Shown here: positions 46,478 through 58,200 of the stretch, piece after piece
Layout: each line of letters begins with the position of its first letter
Position numbering within the stretch: position 1 is the first letter of the stretch
Source of the DNA: Macrostomum lignano
Taxonomy: Eukaryota
Assembly (NCBI GenBank): GCA_002269645.1
Contig: NIVC01000224.1
Span: forward strand, 414,185 to 478,184
DNA: 64,000 bases
Direction: 5' to 3'
Notes under the pieces: generated by a model
What the model saw: the letters and a program-made list of their open reading frames with translations, nothing else
Told to the model about the DNA's origin: nothing
Database searches by the model: none
Program-made: the position numbers and the translations under genes

Positions 46478-49400
46478 ACCACCCCGGACCCGTGCGAGGG
46501 TCTTCGAGCGCCCCGGGTTTTTCCACGCTGAGCCAGGCCTCCCAGCTCACCTGGCTCAGCTGCTTCTCAGAGCTGGAGACGTCGAGTCCAACCCTGGGCC
46601 GGCCTTCCCGTGCGGAGGCTGTGCCGAGGAGGTAGCCAGGGGCTACTCCACCTGCTGCTCCGACTGCGGCCTGTGGTGGCACCGCCGCTGTTCCCGCCTC
46701 ACTATTGCGGCTATCAACCGGCTCCACCGGGACAAGGCACCGTGGCACTGTCCCACCTGCGCCCACCAGCCTGCCGCTTCAGCGCCGCAGCCCGCTGCGA
46801 CTCCGGCCCCTCCGCGGCTGCAGGCTCCACTGGCACCCACCAGACGCCAACGGCTACGACTCCACCTCCCCCGAACCCCGCACCGGCACCCCCGCCCCCC
46901 CTGATGGCGCAACCAGCGCGGGCGGGGCGCCGAACAACAGCGGGGCGGCTTTCCGCATCGTCCAGCTCAACGCGGCAGGGCTCCGCTCCCGCAAGCTGGA
47001 ACTGCTCCACTTCCTGGAGAAGCAGGGCGCCGACGTCGCCTGCATCCAGGAGACGAACCTGTCCGGCAACACAGCGGCCCCACGCCTCAAAGGGTGGCAG
47101 ATCGCTGGCCGGAAGGACCGCAACATCGGCCGCGACGGGGAGGCAGCCAGAACCCACCACGGGGGCGTCTGCTTCCTTGTCAAGGAGGGCATTCAATTCG
47201 CCGACCTTCCTCTAGGCGAGCTCGTCACCCACGCCACGTCCGCCGAAGCCTCGGGCCTCCGTATCCACGACCCCCGGCTACCACGTCCCCTGGATGTGAT
47301 CAAAATCTACCTCCCGCCGGTCCGCGCCGCGGACGGCCGCACGGACGCCTTCGAGCCCGACTGGATCCCCGTTTCACGGGACTCGTTGGTGCTGGGCGAC
47401 TTCAACGCCCACCACGGGATGTGGGACGCCTCGGCGGACGACGACGAGCTGGGCAGGGCCCTCGAAGACTGGGCGACGACCTACGACCTGGTCGCTCTGA
47501 ACGACGGCTCCCCAACTAGGATCAGCCCCCGCGGCCTGCCGAGCTCCCCTGACGTCTCCTTCGCCCACGCCTCCTGGCAAGACCGGATCGAGTGGCGAAC
47601 CGGGGAGCACATCGGCTCAGACCACCTGCCGATCATCATCGACATCGCAGCCTCCGGCCCGGCCCGCTCCAGCTCCAAGCGCCTGACGCGGTACGCCTAC
47701 CACAAGGCGGACTGGGACCTGTTCCAGCGGACCCTCGACCAGGCCCTGGCCAGCTGGCCGGAGCGCCCCCCACGCACGGTGCCCGTCGCCGCCAACCGGT
47801 TCGCGTCCGCCGTCACCAGCGCCGCCAAGGCGGCCATCCCGAGAGGCTGCCGGCGCGCCCCGATCGCCTGGTGGTGCCCGGAAGCCGAGGCGGCCTGCAC
47901 CGCCCGCCGCGCGGCGCTCGAAGCGCTTCGCGCGAGCCCGGACGACCCGGCGCTCTCGGCCGCGTACCAGGCTGCTGCCGCCGCGGCTGCTCACGCCATC
48001 TGCCGCGCCAAGGAGTCGCTGTGGCGTGATTTCATCACTGACCCGGGTCACGACCTGTGTTCCGCCGACCTCTGGCGGATCATCCGGGCCCTCGACGGAC
48101 GGTCCCAGGGCACCCCCTCGTCGGCTGCCATCCAGGGCTCCACGGGGGCACCGGCCGTCTCCGACAAACAGAAGGCCGCGCTTTTCTGCCGGGAGTACGC
48201 GGCCGTCAGCAGGCTCCCAAGAACAAGGCGGAAGACCGGCCGGTCATCCAAGAAGCCCGTCACACGCTTCGCGCCCCCTGCAGCTGCCAAGGCCTCCGCA
48301 GCGGCCCCTGCTCCGACTTCCAGCCCGACGCCCTCCGCCGCGCCTTGGTGCGCCTGCCGGACCGCTCGGCCCCGGGACCGGACGGTGTCGCGAACATCAT
48401 GCTGAAGCATCTGTCCGAACTGGGGCTCCGCTGCCTCCTGGACCTCCTGAACCTCTCGTGGAGGACGGGGGGGTGCCCGCCCCGTGGCGCCTTGCGGAGA
48501 TCCGCCCGATCCCCAAATCGGACAAGCCAGCCGGCCTGACATCCAGCTTCCGCCCTATCAGCCTCCTCAGCTGCCTGGGCAAGCTCGCGGAGAAGATGGT
48601 GAACGAGCGGCTGTCCTACATCCTCGAGGCAAATGACGCTCTCCACCCGTCGCAAGCCGGTTTCCGTCAGGGCCGCTCCACGGAGGAGCACATCGCCGCG
48701 GCGGCCCAGTACATTTTTGACGGTTTCCAGGCCAAGAAGCCGGCAGCCCGCACCGCTCTGCTCCTTGCAGACTTCTCCAGAGCCTACGACCGCGTCTGGA
48801 GAGCCGCCCTCATCGTCAAGCTCGGTCGGAAGGGGATCCCCACGTGCCTCATCCGCTGGCTCAAGGGATTTCTCTCCGACAGGAGGGCCTTCGTGCGGTG
48901 GGTTAGTGCGGCCTGCAAGCCAACCGTGTTCTCCGAGGGGCTGCCGCAGGGGTCGGTCCTCGCCCCGATCCTGTGGGTGATCTACATGGACGACCTCCTG
49001 GACGGCGCCCCCACGAACTGCCTCACGCTGGCGTACGCCGACGACAGCACCTTCGGCGCGCAAGGGACCACCCCTCGGGAGTGTGAGCGGGCCCTGCAAC
49101 CGGCGGCCGACTGGCTCGTGCGCTGGTCCCAAACCTGGAAGGTGGACCTGAGCCGCACCAAGTCGGTCGTCGCTTTCTTCTCGCTCGACCCCCGGGAGGT
49201 CAACGGAAAGGTCCAGCCGCGCATCCTCCTCGGCGACTCGCCAGCTCCGTTCGAGCTGCATCCGAGGCTCCTGGGAGTGCACCTCGACTCCCAGCTGACC
49301 TTCCGCCACCACGCCGAGCTCCGGCGCCGCGCCCTCCAGCAGCGCACCGGCGTCCTACGCTGCCTCGCGGGCCGCGACTGGGGCCAGGACGGCCAGCGCC

Positions 49401-50800
49401 TCGCCCAGCTCTACCGCACCTACGCGGAGGCGGCCGCGCTCCACGGCGCCTCCACGTGGCTCACCTTCGCGTCCGACTCCTGCCGGGACGAAGTCGAGAT
49501 TGCGCACCGATCGGCCGCCCGCGTCATCACTGGCTGCTGCCGCTCGACCGCCATTGGCGCCCTCATGGCTGAGGCCGACCTCGTGCCCCTGGCGACCAGA
49601 GCGGAGGCGGCAGGCGCAGCCCTGTTCGAGCGAGCCCTCCGTCACCGACAACCGACTCCGCTCCGCGCTGCAGCGGGCAAGACCTCTACGCCCCGCTTGC
49701 GCGCTCACGGGGAGCCTGGGGCCTTCCGTAGGAACTGGCGCGACTCGGCGCAGCACCTGAGCGCCGCCGCCGGCCTGGCCACCCTCCCCCGGGAGCAGGA
49801 AAACCTCCCTCCGCCGCCATGGTCCGACACCAGCCGGATCACCATCCGCTGCGACCTCCTGACCGCGACCTCCCGAGAGGAGGCGCCCCACGTCAGAAAG
49901 CTGGCCGCGCTAGAGACGCTGGCGAGCCTCCCGCCCGCCGACCTGGAGCTCTGGACAGACGGTTCAGCCTCCGGGGGCACCCTCAACGGCGGAGCGGGGG
50001 CGGTCATCTTCAGCAAGACCGCGCCGCCAGTCCACCTGTCGCAGGCTGCGGGCCGTTACTCTTCCTCCTTCCGTGCCGAGGAGTCGGCTCTCCGGCTGGG
50101 GCTTCAGCACGTCGCCTCCAGGCCGGACCTTGCCTCCCTGAGCGGCCTCCGCTGCCTGACGGACTCGCAGTCCCTGCTCCGAGCCCTCGAGAAGGGACCG
50201 TCCAAGTCCTCCTCGCCAGCGTGCCGGGAGATCTGGACGCTGCTGACCCACGTCGCCGCCCGCTTCCCAATCTGGCTGCAATGGGTCCCCAGCCACTGCG
50301 ACCTCCGGCGGAACGATGCTGCGGACGTCACCGCCAAGACCGCGGCCGGCCTCCCCCAGAACGAGACGCCGATCGACTTCGGGTCAGCGCGGGCCGCCCT
50401 CCGCCGGGTCCTCGCTGAGCGCACCCGCGAAGCCAACGCGGCCGACCCGCACTGCGCCACCCACCGTCTGGCAACCGCCATCGCCGCCCCGCGGCCACGC
50501 CTTAACCGGGCCGACGCGGTGACCCTCGCCCAGCTGCGCACGGGCCACTCACCGCTCCTGCGCTGGTATCGGCACCGGATCGGCCTGGACACCGCCGCCA
50601 CCTGCCCCCGCTGCGGGGCCGCCGACGAAGACGTGGCCCACGTCCTCCTGCACTGCCGGGCCCTTGACGACCTTCGGGCCCGCACCCTAGGGCCAAACCC
50701 GTCCCTGGCCGTCCTCTCGACGGACGGCCTCCGCGCGCTCGATTTCCTCCGCACGGTAGGGGCGCAGACACGCCCCCCGGATCCAACCGGCCGGGAGTAA
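46422..50800 (+). CDS. LINE polyprotein 2A-PHD-APE-RT-RNase H-CCHC, interrupted by three frameshifts (about 46890, 48220, 48470)
   Basis: PHD CGGC..CSDC..WWH..C..WHCPTC; APE QLNAAG, CIQET, LGDFNAHH, SDHLP; RT GLPQGSVLAP, YADD; RNase H WTDGS, AEESA, TDSQS, WVPSH; CPRC..EDVAHVLLHC. Confidence 0.88.
46542..46601 (+). other. 2A-like ribosome-skipping peptide (PAHLAQLLLRAGDVESNPG|P)
   Basis: Exact D-V-E-x-N-P-G-P consensus with upstream Leu-rich helix, in frame with ATG 46422 and the PHD finger. Confidence 0.85.
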
Positions 50801-51934
50801 CAACAACAACAACGTCGATTTGTTACGCTCTCACTTTCGGCCGATTTTAGAAATCAAGAAGACTGCTCAGAAGGAAGAAGCTTCAAGGAGACGAGCTCTA
50901 CAGACGCGTGCTACAAAGAAGAGGAGCCCACAATAGTAAGTGATCACTGACTTTGTTCCCAGGCTTAAGTGTCTGGAAGTGGGAGTTTTCGGGTGACTGA
51001 TCACCACCCGATCAAACTCTTCAGCAGAATATATGGGCAGATTTTTTGCATTTTGTTTTTTTCATCTCAGCATACTCTGTGTGATGCAGCAGCGGACATG
51101 GTTTGTATTTCTTCTGGTCTGACTCTCCCTTGCTCTGCCAACCCTGGGAATCCAGGCCCTTAGCGAATGACTCTCCTCGATGAGTCACTCCTTACGCCCA
51201 CCTCACTCCTCCTTCACGGCCTACTCCTTTCCTCCTTATTAGCAGAATCGAGCTATTGAAGACCCTTTCCGATGTCTATGGCCCAAAAGGAAGTCCGTGG
51301 ACCAACCAGTTTTTTTATTTGAAGTTATTGGGTTGAGCTATACTACTAACTATCAAGGACCACTGGAATGTTATAGTCTATAGTCTAAAAGTCTATACAG
51401 TCTATAGTAGTCCTTGCTAACTATATATGACATACTAATGCCCTGGTTCAACTGTTGATTTCTACTCCATTTTGTTTTGTTAAATAAACGCAAACAGGAG
51501 TGTACAGCGGCCCTAAACCTTATCTATCATTAGGCATGTACACTTCACTGTGCTTTGGGGGTTGGCCCTCGGGGCGTTAATTTCACGAGCAGAGCCAAGC
51601 CGAGGTTCCAATTTAGCCAAAAAATTAGCATCAAGCCTGGGCCGGCCATGGTCCCCATTAGACGTGCGTTATAGTTACAATGAAAAGCAATTCTCCCCAC
51701 TAAAGGATTCAATAGCCTGCGCAGTGTCTCGATTGGCTTGGAAAATGTCATACTACTACATGTAGGGCAAGCTATTCATTACTGTCACTCACTATGCCGT
51801 ATGCCGCCCTTTAGCTAGCATTTCACTGCCTCGATCCAGACAAAAGATCAACCCCCCTACACACGGGCCCTCCTTCCCTGTACTGACTATAGCACTCACG
51901 TGAATATTGATGTGAATACTATTTACTTTGACAT

Positions 51935-52075
51935 CTCAGCAATTCCCCCGTAAGCCTTGACATCTCAGCAATTCCCCCCGTAAGCCTTGACATCTCAGCA
52001 ATTCCCCCAGTAAGCCTTGACATCTCAGCAATTCCCCCCGTGAGCCTTGACATCTCAGCAATTCCCCCAGCGAGC
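51935..52075. repeat. 30-bp minisatellite (TTGACATCTCAGCAATTCCCCCCGTAAGCC), about 5 copies
   Basis: Tandem copies. Confidence 0.9.
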
Positions 52076-52302
52076 TTTCAACAGTTTGATTAACCCAAAA
52101 AGCATTAAATTGGAAGCCCTGTGTAGGCTTGCAAAATTTCTTGTATACACGAGCACGATACTCCAATAAAATAGACTTTTAAGTGTCTCAATTATTTGTT
52201 AATTATGAAGAAAATCATTTGCTACTGATACTACTAAAGAATTAGATAAGTAGTAATATTCTTTCGTCAATACAAATAAAAGTAAAACATGTCTGCTATG
52301 CA

Positions 52303-54296
52303 CAGGCGCGTCGCCACCGGGGGACAGGGGGGGGGACATGTGGGAGCACGAGAACTTCCCGCCGAGATTTGCCCGCCGAGATTTGCCCGCCGAGAATTGC
52401 CCGCCGAGATTTGCCCGCCTAGAATTGCCCGCCGAGATTTGCCCGCCGAGAATTGCCCGCCGAGAATTGCCCGCCGAGATTTGCCCGCCGAGATTTGCTC
52501 GCCGAGAATTGCCCGCCGAGAATTGCCCGCCGAGAATTGCCCGCCGAGATTTGCCCGCCGAGAATTGCCCGCGAGCGAATTTTGAACAGCGCATTTGGCC
52601 ACGTGGCAGATTTTGTCTGCATTGCCTCCCTAATGCTTAGTAAGACTTTATAAAGAGATTTACCCGAACAAACGTTTTGATAGTAATTGCATATCAAATG
52701 CATATTTTTTGGGAGGGGGGGGCATTGCAGACAGAATCTAGCTGCCAAATGCGCTATAAGAAAAAAGCATTGCGGGCAAACCTCGGCGGGCAAACCTCAT
52801 GGACCCGGTGTTACACTTAAGACTATCCGGGTTTTTTTTGTCTGGCCCGGATATCCGAACGCACTTACGATGTCCGCCCGGATACTGCCAAGCAAAAAAC
52901 CTGCTTTGTTTTCTCCTTCCCGGATATCTCGAGCTGCTTTGCATTGTCCGGCACTTTGAGATGTCTCTCCCGGACATCCTACGGGCTACGGCACTGACTC
53001 TGCTATCCGGCCCGGAGATCACAAGAAGAGAAGTTGTCCCAGGACATCCGACTGTAGGTTGAAAGAGAGGGGTCAGCCTGCGGAGACAGAGGTTTGCTTT
53101 AGGACATCCGGCTACTGATATCCGGGGCTAGAGAAAAAGCAAAATTTCGAAATCAATTTCCGCAAAGTAGAAAAAACTTTTTGCTACTTTTTTCAATTGG
53201 CAAACATCTTTTTGCATTTCACACACTCCAAACAGAAGTAAAATTAAAGCTATTGCTACTTATACATTGTCAACCGAAAAAAACTGTTACTTGATTCACC
53301 AATCTACATGTAATTCGATCAATCAAAACAGGCGATCCGCTGAATGAATCGTGAAGTTTTTGCTCTTTTGTCTGATTTTTCTTTTTAGATCATCTCTCTC
53401 TCGTACTGGAATTTTCCGGCAGCTCAACATACAACTCGTCGTTCAAAACAAACATTTGTTAAAAACACTTGGTTCAGCGATACTTTAGCCATCGAGAGAT
53501 GATCAATTTTCCTAAACGATTTAACGATTTCTAAACGATTTCCTTTCTTGGAACTTCGACAAGAAATAAACTCTATATATCTTAAAAGTTACGTTAATAT
53601 ACTCGTAATTTGCGCAACACTTTCCTTTGTCGGCTATTAGCTCGTACACTGATCTTCATTGCACGTACGCTTGTAGTGCTGGCAATGTGACGCCAGTCCA
53701 TTATCGATTTATTCTTAGACTGCACCTCATTTTCCCCTCCACTGTCTAAGGTGCAGTCAGGGCCCTTCCTGGCCTCTGAGTCAGCCCCGTTCTCTCGAAA
53801 TGATGTCCTGTCCCATTCACATGCGCTTTCTCAGGTAAATAACTTGACCACCTTGCCACCCAAATCTTAATTTATTCACCCGGACAATTTAAGACCCCGG
53901 ATATTTCAAAGCCCGATTTCGTTGTGCCTTGGATTATCCAGGGTAGGTTATCGCAAAGCGACAATAATTTTGCTTTGCGATGTCCCCCGGATAAATTAAG
54001 ACCCCGGAGAACAGAAAGCCTAACACCGGGACATGTCCCCCCCCCCAGTAAAAGCTATGGGGCCATGGGGGACATGGGGGACATGCCAATACTTTGCCCC
54101 TCACCTTACCTTGGGACCCGTTGTGACAATTAATAATTATTCTTCCGGGCGCCAGAATATAGCGCTTTCGGCGCCAAAATAAGTGCCTGCGGTGACAACA
54201 CCGATTCTCAAAATATGGACATGTAGGAATTTAGTCATGTCCATGTTGAATTCTTGGCTTTGACCCCCCACCATAAAATCCATGGCGACGCCCCCG
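52303..54296. mobile_element. Non-autonomous hAT-type DNA transposon, about 2.0 kb
   Basis: Imperfect 14-bp TIRs CAGGCGCGTCGCCA / TGGCGACGCCCCCG (12/14) flanked by an 8-bp TSD GCTATGCA (52295-52302, 54297-54304); no transposase ORF. Confidence 0.8.
52351..52797. repeat. 14-bp subterminal array (GAGATTTGCCCGCC)n with inverted copies and an internal foldback
   Basis: Array 52351-52575, reverse copies 52772-52797, imperfect inverted repeat 52588-52630 / 52711-52755. Confidence 0.8.
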
Positions 54297-54324
54297 GCTA
54301 TGCAAGACATTCAGTTTGGTGACA

Positions 54325-54465
54325 TTGTCTCTGAGTTTTGCGCCATTCTCTCTGAGTTTGGCGCCATTGTTTCTGAGTTTGGCGCCATTGTCTCTGAGTT
54401 TGGCGTTATTATCTCTGAGTTTGGCGCCATTGTCTCTGAGTTTGGCGCTACTGTCATTCAGTTTA
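54325..54465. repeat. 21-bp minisatellite (TCTCTGAGTTTGGCGCCATTG)n
   Basis: About 6 copies. Confidence 0.85.
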
Positions 54466-55223
54466 GCGCCATCATCACCTCTTTGGCGCCGTTGAGGCTT
54501 TCAAATTGTTTTTGTTCATTCTGAAGTTCATGAAAGATAATAAAACTCAATTCACGCGGTTCATGATCCTATTGGTTTAAATATGATTAATCTAATGAGA
54601 ATTACAGTTTATCACAGAATTTTGCTGTATTTATTTGTCAGCTTTTCGAAATCTCAATTATGGCACTATCACGAATGACTTGCCTACCCCTGCTCTAAAT
54701 TAGGAATCTATTAGACCTCTAGGCTCAAGCTTTTTTTCCGAGTCTAAAATGAGCCGTGGCATGGTTCCAGAGGCCGGCGTAGGGTTCTTTGGGCGCCCCC
54801 CCTTCTCACGTATGTCTCTACCCTCCCCTCCCCGTGTGTTTGTGTCCACCCAGTCCGCCCAGTAATAATTTCTCTGTGCTCATCTTCACTGTCTTGAACT
54901 TCTTAGCTTACTTAATGCCTTCATTGCTTATCAAACGCGCGTGTGTGCGTATGTGTGGTACTACGTTTTGTGTGCAACTGGCTAAAAAACCTTATTATAC
55001 TAAGAAGCTTCAACCTCACCCTGCATATCAGCATTGACCCAGTGCTGCTTTTTAAAAACGAGAGAGATAGAGACCTGCGGGTAGCGAAAGACACGATTCG
55101 AACGGCCTACCGCGCATAACAGAGCTACAGATTTTTTTTAGTCTAGCAACAACGCCTTTTAAAGAATGAATTTTTCCAATGCGCTGATTTATTGCGACAA
55201 TTAGAGCACAGGAAAAAAAGTAG

Positions 55224-58200
55224 ATGGAGCCGCTCATGCAGCTGGTGGTTCCCGAGCTTGATGGCGGCGTCTTGAGACCGCTATTCGACACTATGCTCCA
55301 ACAAGGTGTCAATGCAACTGACGACGTTGAATGCAGTGCCAAAGCAAGCACTGTTAGTCAGAACCGCAGCTTCTGCGAACAGAATGTAACCTACGTGGAC
55401 CTTGGCAAACCCTTATTAGCCTGGTACCTTCAAAGGTTAAAGTCTCAGGTGCCGCTGTTCGTATCGGCTGGACTGATCTGGCTGATTCTCCTGGCAGCAC
55501 TGATCGCAGTCTACTCTCGACTAGCCAGGACGACTAAAGTGCATGAAGCTCACAGATCTAACAGCCCTGTCGAGCGGAAACACCTGCGACCATTGTTTGT
55601 CTTCCTGACCTCCATAGTTCTGCTCATCGTCATTGGCGTTGTGCTGGCCGTGCTGCACTGGGCTGGACGAGCTCGATTCTCCGGAATGTCCGATCTGGGA
55701 GGCTGCAGAAACGGGACGAAGGACTGTGGCGACGACCAGCAGCAGAGGCAGCTGTGGAATCTCTCATCTGGCACTGGTCGCACGCACATGGTTGCCGCGT
55801 TCCGGCGGACAATTGACGAATTTGACGCTTTCGTTGAGCAGTTCATCGTAGAGACCAACGCCACGGTGCTAGCGGTGTGCAAAGAGGCCCTACCAGAAGT
55901 TCTTGCCGTACTGCAAACTGTTGCAACCGACCTGCTGGACAGGCTGGCCAGAGACTTCAAACTGACGCCTCTGTTGACGTCCTTCGATGAGTTCATCAAT
56001 CTGGTGAAGCTGCTGGTTGCCAGCATGCGGGCAATTATGGAGTCCCGCGACACCGTGGTTGAGCCACTCGTCCAGTTCTCTACGCTGGTTGACTCGGCCA
56101 GGCGAGATCTGCAGGAGCTCACAACCGATGCTTGCGCCTCGAACGCCTCTTCCGCGCCAACCTCAGCCGCGACCGCGGATCTGTGCCGAAGAATTTCTGC
56201 TCAACTCAACCTGCTGGACGTTGGCATTGATCAGCGACGCTTAAAGTCGGACAGCAGCGTGACAGTTGTCACATTGTTGGAGAAGATGTTTAAGCTCAAC
56301 TTTAGCCAAGTTGAAGACCAGGTTAAGAACGCCAAGGGTCAGCTGTACGGCAGTCTGGAGCTAGTTCGAGCCGAAGTGAGAAAACTCTTTGATAAATTAA
56401 CTCTTGAAGTGTCGCAAAACTTCAACGCGGCCCTGACAGATGCTGAGTTATTTCGCGACGGAGTACGCGGTGCCAAGAAGGACCGAGGATTCTTGGACGC
56501 CATGAAAACTGTGGACAGCCTTGTACACAGCTTCACAGTAGCGCTGGCCTTTGGCAGTGTTGCATTTGTAATCATTAATGTCATTGCAATGTTCATCTCG
56601 ATTCGCTACCTGCTTAGCTTTCGCGGTATCAGCAGCGACAGTACAGACGGAGGAACAGATGGAGAGCAAATCCCTCTGCAGTACATTGGGAATGGAAATT
56701 CTGCGCCAGTAGCCAATGGCAACGGACGTTGCATCGAGTTGCCGTTCCTTCAAAACAGCGATATCGTCCGGGTTGACCAAAGACAGAAGGCCAAGGAGCC
56801 TCGCGACTGGCACCTGGTCTGCCTGTTTGCCAGCGGTTTGCTGGTTCTGGCGGCGCTGATCTACGCGTCCGCGGTGTTCTACGCTGGCGCCGAGACCCAG
56901 ATGGACGCGTGCCGCTACCTGACCACGGAGACAGGCATCAGCTACCTGGATCAGCGCGTCTACAGTGCAATGATTAACAGGTTATGGCCGCTAGTTGAAG
57001 CATTGATGCCAAATCATTTGATTGATTATTTGGGCTTCAGCAGCGATTTGATGCCGAGAGAATTGCTCAGCACCATCGTGAGCCGATGCGGAAACGACTC
57101 GGTGACAATCTTCCAAGCTCTCGGCCTGAGCAGTGCCGGGGCAGTAGTCAACGCCAGCCAGTTGCTGCGTGCGCCATTCGTGACCAGGGAACTTAGCAAA
57201 GGCGGTGAAATGATACAGGTGAAGAGGTCTTGAAGAGTTTTCGTTTTCTACTTGTAGACGGAGTTCGCAGGGATTAGCTTTTTTCTCCTAGAGGTGAACG
57301 CAGTTCCGCCATAAACAAATTCCCAAATGTCAGATAGATAAATCATTTCATGCAGAAGAAGGGGTGATGAGAGGCGAGTGAAGAGACGAGAACGGAGAGA
57401 AGAGACGAGAGGGGAGATGAGTGAGGAGAGAAGAGACGAGAGGGGAGAGAGGAGGGAAGAGGGGAGAGAAGAGACGATAGGGGAGAAAAGAGACTATAAG
57501 AGAGAAGAGACGTGAGGGGGGGAAGACGAGGGGAGAGAAGAGACGAGAGCGGAGAGAAGAGACGAGAGGGGAGAGAAGAGACGAGAGGGGAGAGAAGAGA
57601 CGAGAGGGGAGAGAAGAGACGAGAGGGGAGAGAAGAGACGAGAGCGGAGAGAAGAGACGAGAGCGGAGAGAAGAGACGAGAGGGGAGAGAAGAGACGAGA
57701 GCGGAGAGAAGAGACGAGAGGGGAGAGAAGAGACGAGAGCGGAGAGAAGAGACGAGAGCGGAGAGAAGAGACGAGAGCGGAGAGAAGAGACCAGGGGAAA
57801 GAAGAGACGAGAAGGGAGAAAAGAGACGAGAGGAGGAGAAAAGAGACGAGAGCGGAGAGAAGAGACGAGAGGGGAGAGAAGAGAGGAAGAGAAGAGACGA
57901 GAGCGGAGAGAAGAGACGAGAGGGGAGAGAAGAGACCAGGGGAAAGAAGAGACGAGAGGGGAGAAAGAGACGAGAGGGGAGAAAGAGACGAGAGCGGAGA
58001 GAAGAGACGAGAGGGGAGAAAAGAGACGAGAGGGGAGAGAAGAGACGAGAGCGGAGAGAAGAGACGAGAGCGGAGAGAAGAGACGAGAGCGGAGAGAAGA
58101 GACCAGGGGAAAGAAGAGACGAGAGGGGAGAAAAGAGACGAGAGGGGAGAGAAGAGACGAGAGCGGAGAGAAGAGACGAGAGCGGAGAGAAGAGACGAGA

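Larger units (their letters stand above)
46379..50812 (+). mobile_element. Full-length single-ORF APE-type LINE with RNase H (Ingi/I-group-like)
   Basis: TSD (A)CGTCGATTTGT at 46367-46378 and 50812-50823; (CAA)n tail fused to the TAA stop; APE, RT, RNase H and CCHC domains; markedly GC-rich relative to flanks. Confidence 0.93.

Noticed and set aside
46610-50786. Numerous overlapping ORFs on both strands within the LINE
   Set aside because: Expected from very high GC content; no domain signatures outside the main frames.
51160-51200. Hairpin ATGACTC...GATGAGTCAC considered as a hammerhead ribozyme
   Set aside because: Lacks the CUGANGA and GAAA core in the required arrangement.
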